A DNA stretch of 64,000 nucleotides, from NCBI GenBank assembly GCA_964016885.1, contig OZ024754.1:31248001-31312000 (forward strand). The letters are read 5' to 3'. Origin of the DNA: Eledone cirrhosa (taxonomy: Eukaryota). The notes beneath the pieces were generated by a model. The model saw only the letters and a program-made list of their open reading frames with translations. It was not told where the DNA came from and searched no databases. Positions 41,763-54,464 of this stretch are shown piece by piece; position 1 is the first letter of the stretch, and every line of letters starts with the position of its first letter. Position numbers and translations under genes: made by a program.

Positions 41763-42594
41763 TACAGACATGCATCCATAAAAATATGCATTCATATATA
41801 TACATATATACAATCATGCACAAATATAACTCAAACATACACATCCGCACATACAAAACATCCATATCTGCACACCACTCAGACAGACACACATATACAC
41901 ACACACATATACACTCAGAGACTTGCCGACATATATCTACCTAGTTATAGACTCTTGTGTCTATGATAGAATCGGTCTCTCTCTCTATTTGTAAAATTTT
42001 ATAAAATAATTGTTTCTACTTTTGGCACAAGGCCAGTAAAATACTGGTACTTTATTTTATCGACCCCGTAAGGATGAAAGGCAAAGTTAACCTCGGCGGG
42101 ATTTGAACTCAGAATGGCAAGTGCCGTAACTCTATACGTCAAAGCATGGCGTCCGACCCTCTACCAACACTGCCAATCCACCGCCCTTTTATAAAATAAT
42201 GAAACCAAAAGAACATACACGGAAGCATACACTCACATACATTCATACATTCATACATACATACATACGTACATACATACATGGTGGTGGCTGCCAACTC
42301 GTTTTCGAGTACGGCCACTACTTTATATCCATGTAGGAGAACCCCTACCGATGCGCTGAACGAGTGTGACTTTTTAGTCCAGCCAGCGACTTGAAAACTC
42401 TAGTACAAACACTACACTTGTGACAATTACTGACACATAGTGCTGGGCCCATGGTACCATGTGACGACAAGTGCAGGGAGATCTCCAGATATAAAGCAAT
42501 GCCTGCATACATACATACATACATACATACATACATACATACATACATACATACATACATACATACATACATACATACATACATACATACGTAC

Positions 42595-42885
42595 TTACAA
42601 TCCAGTATCCAAGATACACCTTTAGCTTCATACCCATCATTATTGGAGCTCCGGGTTATATACCAACCCGCTTGGACCAAAGTATGACTGAACTTGGATT
42701 TGCGGACAAAAAGCGCAGCTCCCTAATTCATAGTCTACAAATGGCTGCAATAGCTGGCACCTTCAAAATTTGCAAAACATTCTTGCGATTCAAGGGATGA
42801 CAATTTCTTTTCTTTTACAACCTTGCCACCAGGAAGGTGGCCGGTCAAAAAAAAATATAATCGAAATTAAGAGAAAGAGATAACA
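42595..42885 (+). mobile_element. R4/Dong-like LINE 3' end in (CATA)n
   Basis: Matches 40936-41093 and continues to a stop codon and short 3' UTR. Confidence 0.6.
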
Positions 42886-43710
42886 TACACATGCATACAT
42901 GCAGACATACATATATACATACATGCATACATACATACATGCAGACATACATACATACATATATACACACATACAAGCAGACATACATACATACATATAT
43001 ACATATACATATATACACATATATACACATATATACATATACATATATACATACATACGTACACATACATACATATACACACATACATACAAGCATACAT
43101 ACATACATACATACATACATACATACATACATACATACATGCATACATGCATACATACATACATGCAGACATACATACATACATATATACACACATACAT
43201 GCAGACATACATACATATATACATATACATATATGCAGACATACATACATACGTACACATACATACATACATACATACATATACACACATACATACAAGC
43301 ATACATACATACATACATACATACATACATACATACATACATACATACATACATACATACATACATACATGATGGCTGCAAACTCTGCTCGAAGTACTGC
43401 AATCGCTTGTCAGATTATAGAGTTTGGTGCACTTTTAGGCTACGACCAGCCACACGATCCTCTAACAGATCCTGAACAAGCAATGCCTGTGATTTGAAGG
43501 TTTTGTTCAATGGGGAAAGGCCTTGCACTCGACCAATCCCACTCTCTGAGCATCGAAAAGACAACCCGAAATGGAGAACTGGTCAACATCATTGGATGCT
43601 TCAGAAGCCACAGGTTTTTGTCAGAGTTTCCCTCTCCTTGAAGGGTGTTGTGACAACAACTAGGGGCCTTTCACTCCCAGGTGGAAAGAAAAAACATACA
43701 TACATACATA

Positions 43711-44107
43711 CATGGTGGCTGCCAACTCGTTTTCGTGTACGGCCACTACTTTATATCCATGTAGGAGAACCCCTACTGATGCGCTGAACGAGTGTGACTT
43801 TTTAGTCCAGCCAGCGACTTGAAAACTCTGGTACAAACACTACACTTGTGACAATTATTGACACATAGTGCTGGGCCCATGGTACCATGAGACGACAAGT
43901 GCAGGGAGATCTCCATATATAAGGCTATGCCTATGCCGTGAAGCTTTTATAGTGAGCAAAGGCCCTGCACAAAGCCAGTCCCACTCTCTTAACCAAGATG
44001 ATATTTACCAAAAAGAAGAACAAGTCAACATCATTGGATACCATCAGGGTTGCAGGTGTTATATCAGAGTTTTCCTTCTCCTAGAATTCTGCCTTGACAA
44101 AGGCTAA
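43711..44107 (-). mobile_element. Copy of the 410 bp RTE-derived element
   Basis: Reverse complement of 1013-1409; (ATGT)n tail. Confidence 0.75.
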
Positions 44108-44229
44108 TGAGTCATCTCATACATACATATATACATACATACATACATAAACACATACATACACATAAGCATACATACCCACATACGTGTATGCATCCAT
44201 ACAAACATACATGCACACATATGTATACA

Positions 44230-44318
<89 letters not shown>

Positions 44319-44979
44319 TATACATATATGCATATACACAGACATGTACATACACACATAAATGTAGGTACATATACACATATATGTACATACATACACA
44401 CATATTTGTACATACATACACACATATTTAGATACATAAATACGTATATATACATACATACACACACATATATGTAAGTACATACACACATATATGTAAG
44501 TACATACACATATATATGTAGATACATACACACATATATGTATATACATAGACACATATATGTATATATATACACATATATGTATATACATACACACATA
44601 TATGTAAGTACATACATACATATATGTAGATACATACATACATATATGTATATACATACTCACATATATGTACATACATACTCACATATGTGTAGGTACA
44701 TAAATACGTATATATACATACATACACACACATATATGTATGTACATACACACATATATGTAGGTACAAACACTCACATATATGTACACATATATGTACA
44801 TACATACATACATAAAGGTAAATACATATACACATATATGTAAGTACATACACTCACATATATGTAAGTACATACACTCACATATATGTAGATACATACA
44901 CACATATATATAAGTACATACACACACACATATGTAGATATATACACACATACTGTATATATATATATATATATATAAT

Positions 44980-45433
44980 ATATAAGAACAAAAGATGGTT
45001 GAAAGAGTTCCATGTATTTTATTATGCGCATTTCAAAAACAAATATCATCATGCAATAATATTTGTGTTTTCATCAGATAAAACAGGAGGACATGATATG
45101 AAGGTTAAAAAACACTTGTGGATAGTTCAGTTTTAAATCAACATATGAGAAGTAGTTCTCATGTTAGAAAACTACTTCTCATATGTTGATTTAAAACTGA
45201 ACTATCCACAAGTGTTTTTTAACCTTCATATCATGTCCTCCTGTTTTATCTGATGAAAACACAAATATTATTGCATGATGATATTTGTTTTTGAAATGCG
45301 CATAATAAAATACATGGAACTCTTTTAACCAACTTTTGTTCTTATATATTATGTATACTCCAGTCCTACAAACTGTAGAGTGCTTCTTATCCGATATCTG
45401 CATTGCTTTATTGTACTACAATAAAACTCACCT

Positions 45434-45437
<4 letters not shown>
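44980..45437 (+). mobile_element. Second copy of the fold-back hammerhead element
   Basis: Near-identical to 9703-10121 but with a different central junction. HHR at 45244-45310. Confidence 0.8.
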
Positions 45438-45506
<69 letters not shown>

Positions 45507-45742
45507 TATATATATATATATATATATTTATCAAAATCCCCATCGTTTTATGTTCATTTTTCCATGTGATGAAGGAGTCTTGTCTTATGCAATATATTTC
45601 CACTTGTCACATTCCTTCATTGCTGTCTTTATGAGATTCAACATGTGTGTGTGAGTGTGTGTGTGAGTGTGAATGTGTGTGTGTGTGTGTGAGTGTATGT
45701 GTGTGTGTGCGAGTGTGTGTGTGTGTGAGTGTGCATGTATGT

Positions 45743-45791
<49 letters not shown>

Positions 45792-46499
45792 TGTGCGTGT
45801 GTGAGTATGAATGTGTGTGTGTGAGTGTGTGTGTGTGTGAGTATCTGTGTGTGTGTGCGCGAGTGTGTGTGTGTGTGTGTGAGTGTGTGTGTGTGTGTGT
45901 GAGTGTGCATGTGTGTCAGATTGTGTGTCTGTGCGAGTGTATTTGCATGTATGTATGTGTGTTTGCATGTGTCTCTGTGTGTGTCTGTGTGAGTGTATGT
46001 GCATGTGCAGCATGTGTATCAGTGTGTGTGTGTGTGTGTGTGCGTATCAGTGTTTATGTGCATGTATGTATGTATGTGTGTGTGTGCATGTATGTGAGTG
46101 TGTCCATGTGTGTGTCTGTGTGAGTGAATGTGTATGTGCATGTGTGTGTGTGTGTGTGTGTGTCAGTGTGTATGTGCATGGATGTATGTGTGTGAGTTTG
46201 CATGTATGTGTATGTGTGCATGTATGTGTGTGCATGTGTGTATGCATGTGTACGCATGTGTGTGTCTGTGTGAGCGAATGTGTATGTGCATGTGTGAGTG
46301 AGTGTGTGTGTGTGTGTCAGTGTGTATGTGCATGTATGTATGTGTGTGTGAGTGCATGTATGTGTATGTGTGCATGTATGTGTGTGTGCATGTATGTATG
46401 CATATGTACGCCTGTGTGTGCATGTATGTATGCATGTGTACACAGGCGTACACATGCATACATACATGCACACACACACATACATGCACACATGTTGTT

Positions 46500-46810
46500 A
46501 TTGTAATAGTGTGTATGTAATGTACTTGTATGTGTAATATGGTGTGTAGTAAAAGGATGTCATGTGATTGAGAGTTGTAAAGGTCTGAAGAGGTTTTTGA
46601 AGTGTCAAATGTATTCAATAATATTTAGGTGTGTAATGTAATAATGTATCTGGTTGTGTAATATGAGGGTTTATCTAAAGAGGGTTTATCTAAATTGGAG
46701 GGTGTTGAGTGTACAGGTTAAATGCTGTCCTGGTGTGGGTGGATTTTCCTAATGGGTTAGTGTGAATTTGCTAGTTTGTGGGCACCTGTTAACGAAGACC
46801 ATCCAGATAT
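46500..46810 (-). mobile_element. Possible highly decayed fragment of a second PLE RT
   Basis: The - strand has a frameshifted RKSTHT...TQHP resembling the PLE YRKPTHT...SxHP motif. Confidence 0.3.
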
Positions 46811-47293
46811 ATTACTCTATTACTCTATTATGTGTTCCAGCCAATAAGCTAAGGCCATGCTGAGGCACCGCCATATTAGCAGTTTAGATGATGCAATAAA
46901 TTGATTAAAGCACTCAATATTATGCAAATCATCTATCATAGATGTGGTATCATATGGTTGATACAGAAATGGAGTTAACTTTTCATTGAAAACAACAATA
47001 GGAGGCTGGACTGGAAATTTACTTTACAATTTTAATCCTGCAAAAGCACTATACATATTGCAATGGCCCAGCTTTATCATCTGATCATGATGCAAGATTT
47101 AAGTGTTTTCAGCAGGTTTTAGTTGCAGACAAGATTACATTGAAAACAATCAGAGAACAGAAAATAGGAAATTCAGGGATAGACCGGCAATTCAGTATTA
47201 TAACAGTGGCAAACGATGCCCAAATGTCACACTATCAATTAATGCCAACATTGTGGGCTGGTAAGCATGACGGAGGGGGTGGGAGTTGCTATA

Positions 47294-50200
47294 TTTTCGT
47301 TCATTGCCAGAGAACGTCTCTATGCACCACCTAAGAGAACATTAGTCTACGACCTCTTTTATACCATAAACGTGGTTCTGTCTTTGCGCGTAATTGTTTT
47401 TCACCGCTCCTATTAATGACGTATTATTCGTTTTTTCCCGTTCTTTGCCAGCGAACGTTACCACGAACCAAAGTATCGTCTTCCTGTCTTCCTCCGGTTG
47501 CAACGTTTTTTGAAATATCCACTTCTGCGTTTACAGATTGACTTTGTTAGTTTCAGCAGATCCCGTTAAGGGTGAAAGCAGCGATTCTTTGCTTAAACTT
47601 TAATCTGTTATTTTAATAAATATTTGCTCTACGGTTCTTATATATTTGATATATATTTTCCTTATCGAGCCCTCTTTGGATTTTAGTCTTCAATTTTATT
47701 ATTATTACTATTCGGCTCCTTCGGTTGAGCACTCTACTGACTTATATTCATCATGCAGAAACAACATCTGAATATTACTACAAAGAACATACCCGTACCA
47801 AGCAGGAAAACATACCTAAAACTCATGATACAGAAAACAGACGCGTTCATTAAAAGGTTGCGTTGGCGTGCCTTTTATTTCGATAATCCGCGAAAAGCAG
47901 ACAACAAACAGGATAAATTTGGATTTAAAACCTATAATAACCCTCCGTGGAACCCAGCATTGCTACCCTTCGAAAATGATGTCTTGGAACTCATTCCGAG
48001 TATCAAATTTCGGAATAGGAGCAATTCCTTCCAGCTAGACCTGAAGAATAGAATTCGTTCTATTAAGGATTCTAACCCCGTGCACGTCCATTCCGACAAA
48101 ACTGGCAACCTATATCAAGTGGAGCGCAGTACTTACCATCAACTACTACATAATGCTGTAACTAAGGATTACCGTAAAACTAATCGGTGTGTCATCAATG
48201 AAATCAACGATGCTGGGTTTAAAATCACATCTGATCTCAACATCCTGGACCGGACCGAACCTCTGGACCCTATCTCTCCCCACTTTACCCTGAAGGATCA
48301 CAAATCCAATTTTCCGAATAACCCCTCTATTCGGCTTATTAACCCAACGAAGTCCGATTTAGGTAGACTTAGTAAAACGATTCTTGATAGAATTATACCT
48401 GAAATTAGAAGTTTGGCTCCTCTCGCACTGTGGAACAATTCTTTCGCGGTGATTGATTGGTTCAACGGCATATGTAACAAGGAACATTGCCGTTTTATCC
48501 AATTCGACATCAACAATTACTACTCCCCCATCACTTTACCACTTCTCCTTAGAGCTATCAATTTCGCTAAAACACTCACAGTGGTTAAGGATTTCGAAGT
48601 CGATGTCATCCTCAATGCCCAAAAGTCGGTGATTAATTTCGACGACTCTATTTGGATTAAAAAATCCAATAGTACCCCATTCGACGTGAGTATGGGAGCC
48701 AGTGACTCTGCGGAGGTTACTGATCTTATTGGCCTTTTCCTTCTTTTCTCTATCAAGGACGAATTCCCCAACGCGGGCGGTGGTTTGTACCGTGACGATG
48801 GTCTTTTGACCATGACTAAGTGCGGACCTCGTGCTTGCGACAGGTTCAGAAAAGAACTCACAGCGTTCTTTAAAGGCTTCAACCTCTCTATACAGGTTGA
48901 GGCCAATCTCTCGGTCGTTAATTACCTCGACGTTACCCTCAATTTATTGAATGGGTTGTATTACCCGTATAGAAAGCCGAATGATACGCTTAATTACATA
49001 AGTAAGCATTCCAACCATCCTGCCAGCATAACCAAGAACCTGGTAAAAAACGTTTCGTTGAGGCTTTCCCGTCTTTCCACCAACGAGCGCATGTTCAAAG
49101 ACCATTCCACTTATTCCAATGAAGCTCTTGCTCGAAGTGGATTTGTCGATAAGGTAGCATATACAGAGTACGAAAATAGACCTAGAAGAAATAGATCCCG
49201 TCGCATTTGTTGGTTTAACCCACCATATAATATGGAGGTGGCCACACCATTAGCTAAGATCTTTCTTTCCCTTATTACGAAGCATTTTCCCCCTACACAT
49301 AAATATAGTAACATTTTTAATAGAAATACTATTAAAATGTCTTACTCTACGACTCCTAACCTTGCACATAACATCACAGCTTCAAATTTAGCTAAACTAC
49401 CTAGCCGTAGGAACACGTGCAACCCTGTAGTTAGTACTAACTGTAATTGTAGGAATCGGGCTGATTGCCCCCTATCCGGGAAATGCCTCTCTAGTAACAT
49501 TGTCTACAAATGTAAGGTTGTAACACCCACGTCTCGTAGGGCCTACATAGGGTTAACCGCCAATAGTTTCAAGCAGCGTCTTTACATGCATACCCATTCT
49601 TTTCGTTACCCTCTAAGAAGGAATATGACGTCACTTTCAGCTTATATCTGGAGTCTAAAAGACAACCACACCCAATATAAGTTACACTGGGAGATCCTAG
49701 CTAGGGCTAGATCGTATAACGGAAATAAAAGACCATGTGACCGCTGTGCCGCTGAGGCCCTGGAAATACTCTACGCCACAGACCACATCTTAAACAAAAA
49801 ATCTGAGGCAATTTCGGCTTGTAAACATAAATTGCACAAAACTTTCCTGTATTACAGCCCCACGTTATACCCTAATGGATAGCACGATCTATACGTGGAT
49901 ATTTTACGTCTTGATGTGGGAGCTAAGTATATGTTTTGTTTATTCCTTTACTTATTTGCATAGGTAAGTATATATTACCCGTATGTTTTGTGAAGGTATG
50001 TATACCTTCTCGTACGTATATTTGACTGTTATGGCGTATAATTTTTACATATTCTGGTATTTAGGGTTTGGCTATGTGTATACGGGAGTTTTGCGTCTGC
50101 GTGAGTATGCAGGTTCGTACGTATGGTGGGTGTGTGTATATGTGTACTTCTTGTTTATGTTGACTTACGTCTCCGAACATTCGTGTATTTATTTGTAGGT

Positions 50201-50858
50201 ATGTGTGTGCGCTTGTTATATACGTATTTATTTACTTATATACGTTTATATAATTATTTATTTATTTGTACACAAGCATACACACACACACATATTTATA
50301 TGTGCGTGGTTTTGTATACCTATGGTAAGGTTTTGCGTATACTTGAGTATGTACGTATCTGTTTGCGTGTATGTATTTATTTGTTTCTATTACTTCTGTA
50401 TTGTATTTATTTACTTTGTTCTTAACTCTGTAGCGGAGATTCATTTGGTCTCCTAGTTAGAATTTTAGTCTACAACTTCGGCTATACCATTTACGTGGTT
50501 TTGTCTTTGCGTGCTATTGTTCTCCACTATCTTCGTTTTTTCGTTCATTGCCAGAGAACGTCTCTATGCACCATCTAAGAGAACATTAGTCTACGACCTC
50601 TTTTATACCATAAACGTGGTTCTGTCTTTGCGCGTAATTGTTTTTCACCGCTCCTATTAATGACGTATTATTCGTTTTTTCCCGTTCTTTGCCAGCGAAC
50701 GTTACCACGAACCAAAGTATCGTCTTCCTGTCTTCCTCCGGTTGCAACGTTTTTTGAAATATCCACTTCTGCGTTTACAGATTGACTTTGTTAGTTTCAG
50801 AAGATCCCGTTAAGAGGAAAGCAGCGATTCTTTGCTTAAACTTTAATCTGTCATTTTA

Positions 50859-50866
<8 letters not shown>
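47294..50866 (+). mobile_element. Full-length Penelope-like retroelement with direct pseudo-LTRs
   Basis: The ORF is flanked by near-identical ~330 bp direct repeats (47294-47623 and 50538-50866). The 3' copy runs into (TA)n. Confidence 0.9.
47753..49882 (+). CDS. Penelope-like element polyprotein: reverse transcriptase plus C-terminal GIY-YIG endonuclease (Naiad-like)
   Basis: Uninterrupted 709-aa ORF. RT motifs FIQFDINNYY, VSMGASDSAE, LYRDDGL and VNYLDV; PLE thumb YRKP...SNHP; linker CNCRNRADCPLSGKC; GIY-YIG NIVYKC...AYIGLT...FKQRLYMH; C-terminal CDRC...E...LNKKSE...CKH. Confidence 0.95.
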   Translation: MQKQHLNITTKNIPVPSRKTYLKLMIQKTDAFIKRLRWRAFYFDNPRKADNKQDKFGFKTYNNPPWNPALLPFENDVLELIPSIKFRNRSNSFQLDLKNRIRSIKDSNPVHVHSDKTGNLYQVERSTYHQLLHNAVTKDYRKTNRCVINEINDAGFKITSDLNILDRTEPLDPISPHFTLKDHKSNFPNNPSIRLINPTKSDLGRLSKTILDRIIPEIRSLAPLALWNNSFAVIDWFNGICNKEHCRFIQFDINNYYSPITLPLLLRAINFAKTLTVVKDFEVDVILNAQKSVINFDDSIWIKKSNSTPFDVSMGASDSAEVTDLIGLFLLFSIKDEFPNAGGGLYRDDGLLTMTKCGPRACDRFRKELTAFFKGFNLSIQVEANLSVVNYLDVTLNLLNGLYYPYRKPNDTLNYISKHSNHPASITKNLVKNVSLRLSRLSTNERMFKDHSTYSNEALARSGFVDKVAYTEYENRPRRNRSRRICWFNPPYNMEVATPLAKIFLSLITKHFPPTHKYSNIFNRNTIKMSYSTTPNLAHNITASNLAKLPSRRNTCNPVVSTNCNCRNRADCPLSGKCLSSNIVYKCKVVTPTSRRAYIGLTANSFKQRLYMHTHSFRYPLRRNMTSLSAYIWSLKDNHTQYKLHWEILARARSYNGNKRPCDRCAAEALEILYATDHILNKKSEAISACKHKLHKTFLYYSPTLYPNG

Positions 50867-50893
<27 letters not shown>

Positions 50894-50896
<3 letters not shown>

Positions 50897-51098
50897 TGAG
50901 AAAAACCACAGACCCTCCATCTCAACTCACCTTTTGAAAAGCAGAAGAACTGCGAAACCGGTAAAGGAACCAAATAAATATTTTTTTTTTTTTTTAAATA
51001 AGACTCCAGTTGCATTTTCGATTTCATCTCTTTTTCTTTATACTTTCACTCGTGTAGGACACCTCGGTTATTTTTCATTTTGTAAAAAAAAACCTCAC

Positions 51099-51104
<6 letters not shown>
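50894..51104 (+). mobile_element. Short PLE-derived element with a U3-A8 hammerhead motif (50930-50967)
   Basis: CCTT-TTGAAAA-GCAG-aagaa-CTGC-GAAA-CCGG-TA-AAGG; flanked by (TA)n. Confidence 0.7.
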
Positions 51105-51184
<80 letters not shown>

Positions 51185-51191
51185 ATATATA

Positions 51192-51981
51192 TCATCATCA
51201 TCATCGTTTAACGTCTATCTTCCACGCTAGCGTGGGTTTAGACGGGAATTGTCCCACTTGAGGCAATATTGGTCAGGTGACCGTGTCTCGCTCGTATAGG
51301 ACTGTCTGGCAGGTTTTCTACGGCTGGATGCCCTTCCTAACACCAACCACGTTTACAGTGTGGACTGGGAGGTTTTTACTGTGTTACCTACACGGCCACA
51401 TTACAGCGTGGACTGTATGTTTTTTTTGTTGTGACACCTACACGACCTCATTTATTTAGGACTGGATATTGTGGTACCAACATAGCTTTACAGAGAAAGA
51501 GGTGGTGTTGATGGGGTGGGGGTGGGCAAGTTGGGTAGTGGGATGGGGGTGTATATTTGATTAAGAGGTGCCTACTGAGTGTAGGTTTCGCTTTGTACTT
51601 AGGCAAGGCGGGTCTTCTGTATTACTGTGTAGCGCCAAAGATCTCGGTCCAGTGACATTCTCTTAGAGAGGTGTAGGTGTGTAAGGTCGGAATTTATCAG
51701 ATCGTCCCAGGCTTTTCTGGGTCTACCTATTTCGTAGCTACCATCAATTTTGATCGCCCTGCACTTTTTTATATAGCTGTCGTCTTTCATGCGCATCATG
51801 TGACCATACCAACGTAGTCTTCTCTCAAGTAAACAGCATCTGACCCCTCTTATATCTAATTTCTCCCTTAGTTCATTTATGCTTTTCTGTTCACGTGTAT
51901 TACTATTACACACCCAAGGGAGCATGCATGCTTCGTTCCTCTCCAGTCTGCGCAGATCCTCTGCACACAATGCCCATGTCA
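51192..51981 (-). mobile_element. 3' fragment of the same RTE family
   Basis: Protein aligns to the C-terminus of the 23625 ORF; same 3' UTR and tail. Confidence 0.9.
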
Positions 51982-52822
51982 TATATATATATATATATAT
52001 GTATATCAGGATAGAACCAGTTTAAAACTAGTTAGACCATTACTCAACAGAGTACTCAATACTTGGGGTAGTAGAGTATGGCTACATTGTAAAGATTCGA
52101 GACCCAATGGCTGAGCTCTTGCTTTTTCAACAACTAGCTCCAGAACTAGCTGTTGAAATGGTATGAACTCAGCCATCAGGTACCGACTCTTTATAATATA
52201 TCTATGTATATATATATGTGTGCGTGTGCATGTGTATATGTATATATATCTACATTTATATATATGTGTGTGTGTGTATACATATATTGCTGGTTTTGGT
52301 AACATTCTTTTGGAACTAATCAGTTAATTTGATTCTATATCAGATTGAAAATAAGTATAGTTTCTACAAGAGGAAACCAAAATATGTGAAGAAGAAACAG
52401 ATTTTGAATCTAATGTATCGACTATGTGAGAAAAACGAAGATAGTGCCACTATCTGTATCTACAACAACCCTTTCCCTGATCTGTGCGACAGATATGGTA
52501 CAGGAGAATCAGCAGTTGCCAGATTTATACCAAGTTTCAGCTCAAATAGACCGGTTAGTAGAGCCACACTTTGTAACATTTGTCTAATTCATTTTCAATC
52601 TTTTGTTGCTAACACATGCATTTATAATAATAATAATAATAATGAAATTATTGTGTACAGTGCTCAGGTGCACTACAACTCATCAAAGGTGCATGTATAG
52701 TACATAGAATAATGTACAAATGTCAGGAAATGTACATTATTCTATGTACTATACATGCACCTTTGATGAGTTGTAGTGCACCTGAGCACTGTACACAATA
52801 ATTTCATTATTATATATATATA

Positions 52823-53021
52823 GAAGTGGTTACACAACAGTTAGTTCACCACACCAAGAACAACCGCCTCACATTAGCAGATCCTCAGCTGAGATTCCAC
52901 TAAGGTGAGGCAGTTGTTCTCGGTGTGGTGAACTAACTGTTGTGTAACCACTTCAACCTAACTCGTCCCATGGACTGAGTGCTCTACCACTACGGATATT
53001 ACCTTCCAGTGTTCTACCACT
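52823..53021 (+). mobile_element. Short fold-back element (IR 52823-52954) with the conserved 3' hairpin
   Basis: Palindrome centred on CTCAGCTGAG; tail ACTC-GTCC-cat-GGAC-T-GAGTGCT; flanked by (TA)n. Confidence 0.65.
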
Positions 53022-53300
53022 ATATATATATATATATATATAAACAAATAGTAGACAAATATTCAACTTAACAATATTGTGCATATCCGCAATTGACAAT
53101 GCATATAATGCTGAAACCGGTATATACCGGTATAAACCGGAAATATCCACTTTGTAAATAAATTAGTGTTTTGATATTACACTGAAAGAATCTCTTCAGC
53201 ATTTTCTACTGAAAAAATCTCTTTTTCCTTTCTACTATTTGTTTTTATATATATCAACTCGTGTGTTACTTTTACATTTGATAATATATATATACATATA

Positions 53301-53646
53301 TCATCATTCATCATCATTTCATTTTACGTCCGCTTCTTCCCTGCTTGCAAGGGTGGGACGGGAACTGATGCTGGCTTAATTTCTACAGCTGGATGCCCTT
53401 CCTAACACCAACCTCATTTACAGTGAGTGCTGGGTGCTTTTTTGCCGTGGCACCTCCACGACCACTTTGCAGTGGAATGATAGGGACCCCAGTCCCTATC
53501 ATCTCATTTCTACAGCTGAGTAAACTGGAGCAATGTGAAATAAAGTGTCTTGCTCAAGGAAACAACACATCACCCGGTCTGAGAATTGAACTCACAACCT
53601 TTCGATTGCAAGGCCAATGCTCTAACCACTAAGCCATGGGCCTCCA
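53301..53646 (-). mobile_element. SINE family A
   Basis: Sequence match (reverse complement). Confidence 0.9.
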
Positions 53647-53878
53647 TATATTACTATATATATATATATAGTAATAATTGTTTCTATTTTTGGCACAAGG
53701 CCAGCAATTACCCAGTGCATTACTGGTACTTTATTTTATCGACCCCGTAAGGATGAAAGACAAAGTTAACCTCGGCGGGATTTGAACTCAGAATGGCAAG
53801 GACCGTAACTCTATGCGTCAAAGCATGGCATCCGACCCTCTACTGATACTGCCAATCCACCGCCCTTATATATATATA

Positions 53879-54060
53879 GTAATAATAAATGTGAAGACTA
53901 AAATCCAAACAGGGCTCAATAAGGATTATATATATATAATATGCATATAAATCCGTAGAGCAAATATTTATTATAAGAACAGATTAAAGTTTAAGCTAAG
54001 AATCACTGCTTTCAGGGTGAAAGCAGTGATTCTTAGCTTAATCTTTACTTTGTTCTTATA

Positions 54061-54066
<6 letters not shown>
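53879..54066. mobile_element. Inverted/fold-back fragment of the same PLE pseudo-LTR tail
   Basis: Reverse complement of ~47575-47710 joined to a forward ggtgaaagcagtgattcttagctt...aataaatat segment. Further tail copies at 31474-31573 and 63589-63638. Confidence 0.75.
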
Positions 54067-54099
<33 letters not shown>

Positions 54100-54100
<1 letters not shown>

Positions 54101-54392
54101 TACAAATATTGATATACCCTTAAAGAATGCGACCATGTCAGTTGGAAGCTCTCTTTAAGGGTATGTCAATATTTGTTTATAAAACTGATCTATATTATAT
54201 TTTATCTGATGAAAGCGCACCATAATTTTGCTTTGGTGTCCTTGAAATATGTATAGTGAAATAAATATGGTTTTATAAATATAGTTTCCATTTGTTAATA
54301 TATTGTATTTTTACTCCAAAAATTTGTTGAGTGCTTTATATCAGTTATAAAAATATTTGCTTGTTGTATCCCAACAAATTAAATATAACTTC

Positions 54393-54396
<4 letters not shown>
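54100..54396 (+). mobile_element. Short PLE-like element with a 5' inverted segment and a hammerhead (54202-54259)
   Basis: IR at 54102-54176; CTGATGA-AAG-C-GCACCA..TGGTGT-C-CTT-GAAA-TATGTA-TA; same family as 9345-9690. Confidence 0.7.

Positions 54397-54464
<68 letters not shown>

Noticed and set aside
49883-50866. SECIS element / selenoprotein readthrough in the PLE
   Set aside because: The ORF has no in-frame TGA and ends in TAG; no convincing AUGA-AA-GA hairpin was seen by eye. A SECISearch run would settle it.
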